Shown: positions 62,785 through 64,000 of the stretch, in pieces
Numbering within the stretch: position 1 is the stretch's first letter
Layout: every line of letters begins with the position of its first letter
Assembly: GCA_023430315.1 (NCBI GenBank)
Contig: JAEZAW010000239.1
Coordinates: 5,592 to 69,591, forward strand
Reading direction: 5' to 3'
Origin: Pseudomonadota bacterium
Lineage (GTDB): Bacteria > Pseudomonadota > Alphaproteobacteria > Rhizobiales > Hyphomicrobiaceae
DNA: 64,000 nt
The notes under the pieces: generated by a model
Databases searched by the model: none
The model's input: the letters and a program-made list of their open reading frames with translations, nothing else
What the model was told of the DNA's origin: nothing
Made by a program: the position numbers and the translations under genes

Positions 62785-63363
62785 ATGGCCGTTTTTAGCA
62801 AAGTTTACGACAGCTACGCGCAGGCCGAGGCTGCCGTGCGGGACCTCGAGGCGGCGGGCATCCCTTCCGCCGATATCAGCTTGGTTGCGAACAAATATGT
62901 GAGCGAGCAGTATGACGACGTGACCACAAGCTCGGCGACGTCCACGGGCATAGGACTTGGCGCGGCGACAGGGGGTGGTGCCGGTCTTTTGGCGGGTCTC
63001 GGCCTCCTTGCCATTCCGGGCTTGGGGCCGGTGGTAGCTGCTGGATGGCTGGCAGCAACGGCGGCGGGCGCCGCGGCAGGAGCTGCTGCGGGCGGCATCA
63101 TCGGCGCACTCATGGAATCCGGTACGACAGAAGCGGACGCTCACGTTTACTCGGAAGCTGTCCGGCGCGGCGGCACGTTGTTGACAGTCCGCACGGCCTC
63201 CGCCAGCTCCGGCGAAATCGAGCGCATTCTGACGCAGCACGAGCCCATTGATCCGGCCATGCGGCGGCGAGAATACGAGGAGGCCGGCTGGCGGCAATTC
63301 GATCCCGCCGCAGAGCCGTATACGCCAAGCCAAGCGGAACTGGATCGTATTCGCCGCAGATAG
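62785..63363 (+). CDS. General stress protein (YflT-like, glycine zipper)
   Basis: AVRDLEAAGIPSADIS, LAIPGLGPVVAAG, YSEAVRRGGTL. Confidence 0.85.
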   Translation: MAVFSKVYDSYAQAEAAVRDLEAAGIPSADISLVANKYVSEQYDDVTTSSATSTGIGLGAATGGGAGLLAGLGLLAIPGLGPVVAAGWLAATAAGAAAGAAAGGIIGALMESGTTEADAHVYSEAVRRGGTLLTVRTASASSGEIERILTQHEPIDPAMRRREYEEAGWRQFDPAAEPYTPSQAELDRIRRR

Positions 63364-63426
63364 CACATCTGGCGCCCATCCACAGTGATGGGCGTCATTC
63401 TGTGGGATCGTCAGGGAGTACTGAAA

Positions 63427-63501
63427 ATGAATGGCGTGATTTATCTTGTCGGCCTGATTGTGGTTGTCTTGGCTGTGCTGTCGTTTTTTGGCTTGAGGTA
63501 A
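63427..63501 (+). CDS. 24-aa single-TM small protein
   Basis: GGGAG RBS; MNGVIYLVGLIVVVLAVLSFFGLR. Confidence 0.65.
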   Translation: MNGVIYLVGLIVVVLAVLSFFGLR

Positions 63502-63625
63502 GCCAAGGCAACCGCAGCGCCTGGGTCCACATAGCAGGCGGGGCCGCTGCAAGTCGGCGGGGGTCGAGTCGATTGAGGTGGTCAAGCAGCAGGTGGGCCA
63601 GTTTGGCTCGTAATGCCTACTATCG

Positions 63626-64000
63626 CTACTCGGTCGTGTTTCCGTCGAATGCTTCGTGGCTGGCGTCGGCTTCGTCTTTGGTTGCAGCCCGATATTTATC
63701 GCGATGGTGAGGCGGACCGTAGAGTGTGTAGCTTCAGGGCTTTTTCGCCCATATTCCTAATATTGTGGCGCGCGCCCGCAGGGATCACAATCCCATCGCC
63801 ATCGGTGATCTCGCTCTCGCGACCGTCGATGGTGACTAGGCCGTGACCTTCCTCGATGCGAAAAAACTAGTCGCCGTCCTTGTGCACTTCCTCACCAATA
63901 TCCTCACCTGGTGAGAGCGACATCAGAACCAGCTGGAGATACTTGCCGGTATAGAGCACTCGACGAAAGTCGTTATTGTCTTCGGTAGTGTCGTCAATGT
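63626..64000 (-). pseudogene. Cupin domain protein with nonsense codon and frameshift; 5' end outside window
   Basis: NDFRRVLYTGKYLQLVLM..IGEEVH..D*FFRIEEG (TAG 63867-63869), PAGARHNI, shift before YGPPHH. Confidence 0.8.

Overview
GC-rich alphaproteobacterial (Hyphomicrobiales-like) accessory region that reads as a general stress response (GSR) island. By eye I found about 24 sigma-EcfG/RpoE2-type promoter motifs (GGAAC or GCAAC-N16/17-CGTT and close variants). They precede known stress genes (ku, ligD, csbD, DUF2171, PNPOx-like stress protein, ybdK-type ligase, phospholipase D, PepSY and YflT-like genes) and many small unannotated ORFs. The window also holds a poly-HAMP hybrid kinase/HWE kinase/receiver operon, a DNA repair cluster (ligC-type ligase, ku, ligD, uvrD-like helicase, xth), an H-NS gene and many pseudogenes or fused remnants (LysR, YihY, AAA kinase, PRC-barrel, cupin, Hint, IS630, two phage terminase fragments). 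The most striking candidate for an undescribed system is a two-gene operon with its own GSR-type promoter. It encodes a 74-aa protein with ubiquitin-like secondary-structure spacing ending in LRGG, plus a Cys-containing partner, with no E1, E2 or JAB gene in the window. A three-copy small helical protein family with an HRRFN motif is also present. No rRNA, tRNA or CRISPR array was seen. All family calls come from motif recognition only; no database search was run.
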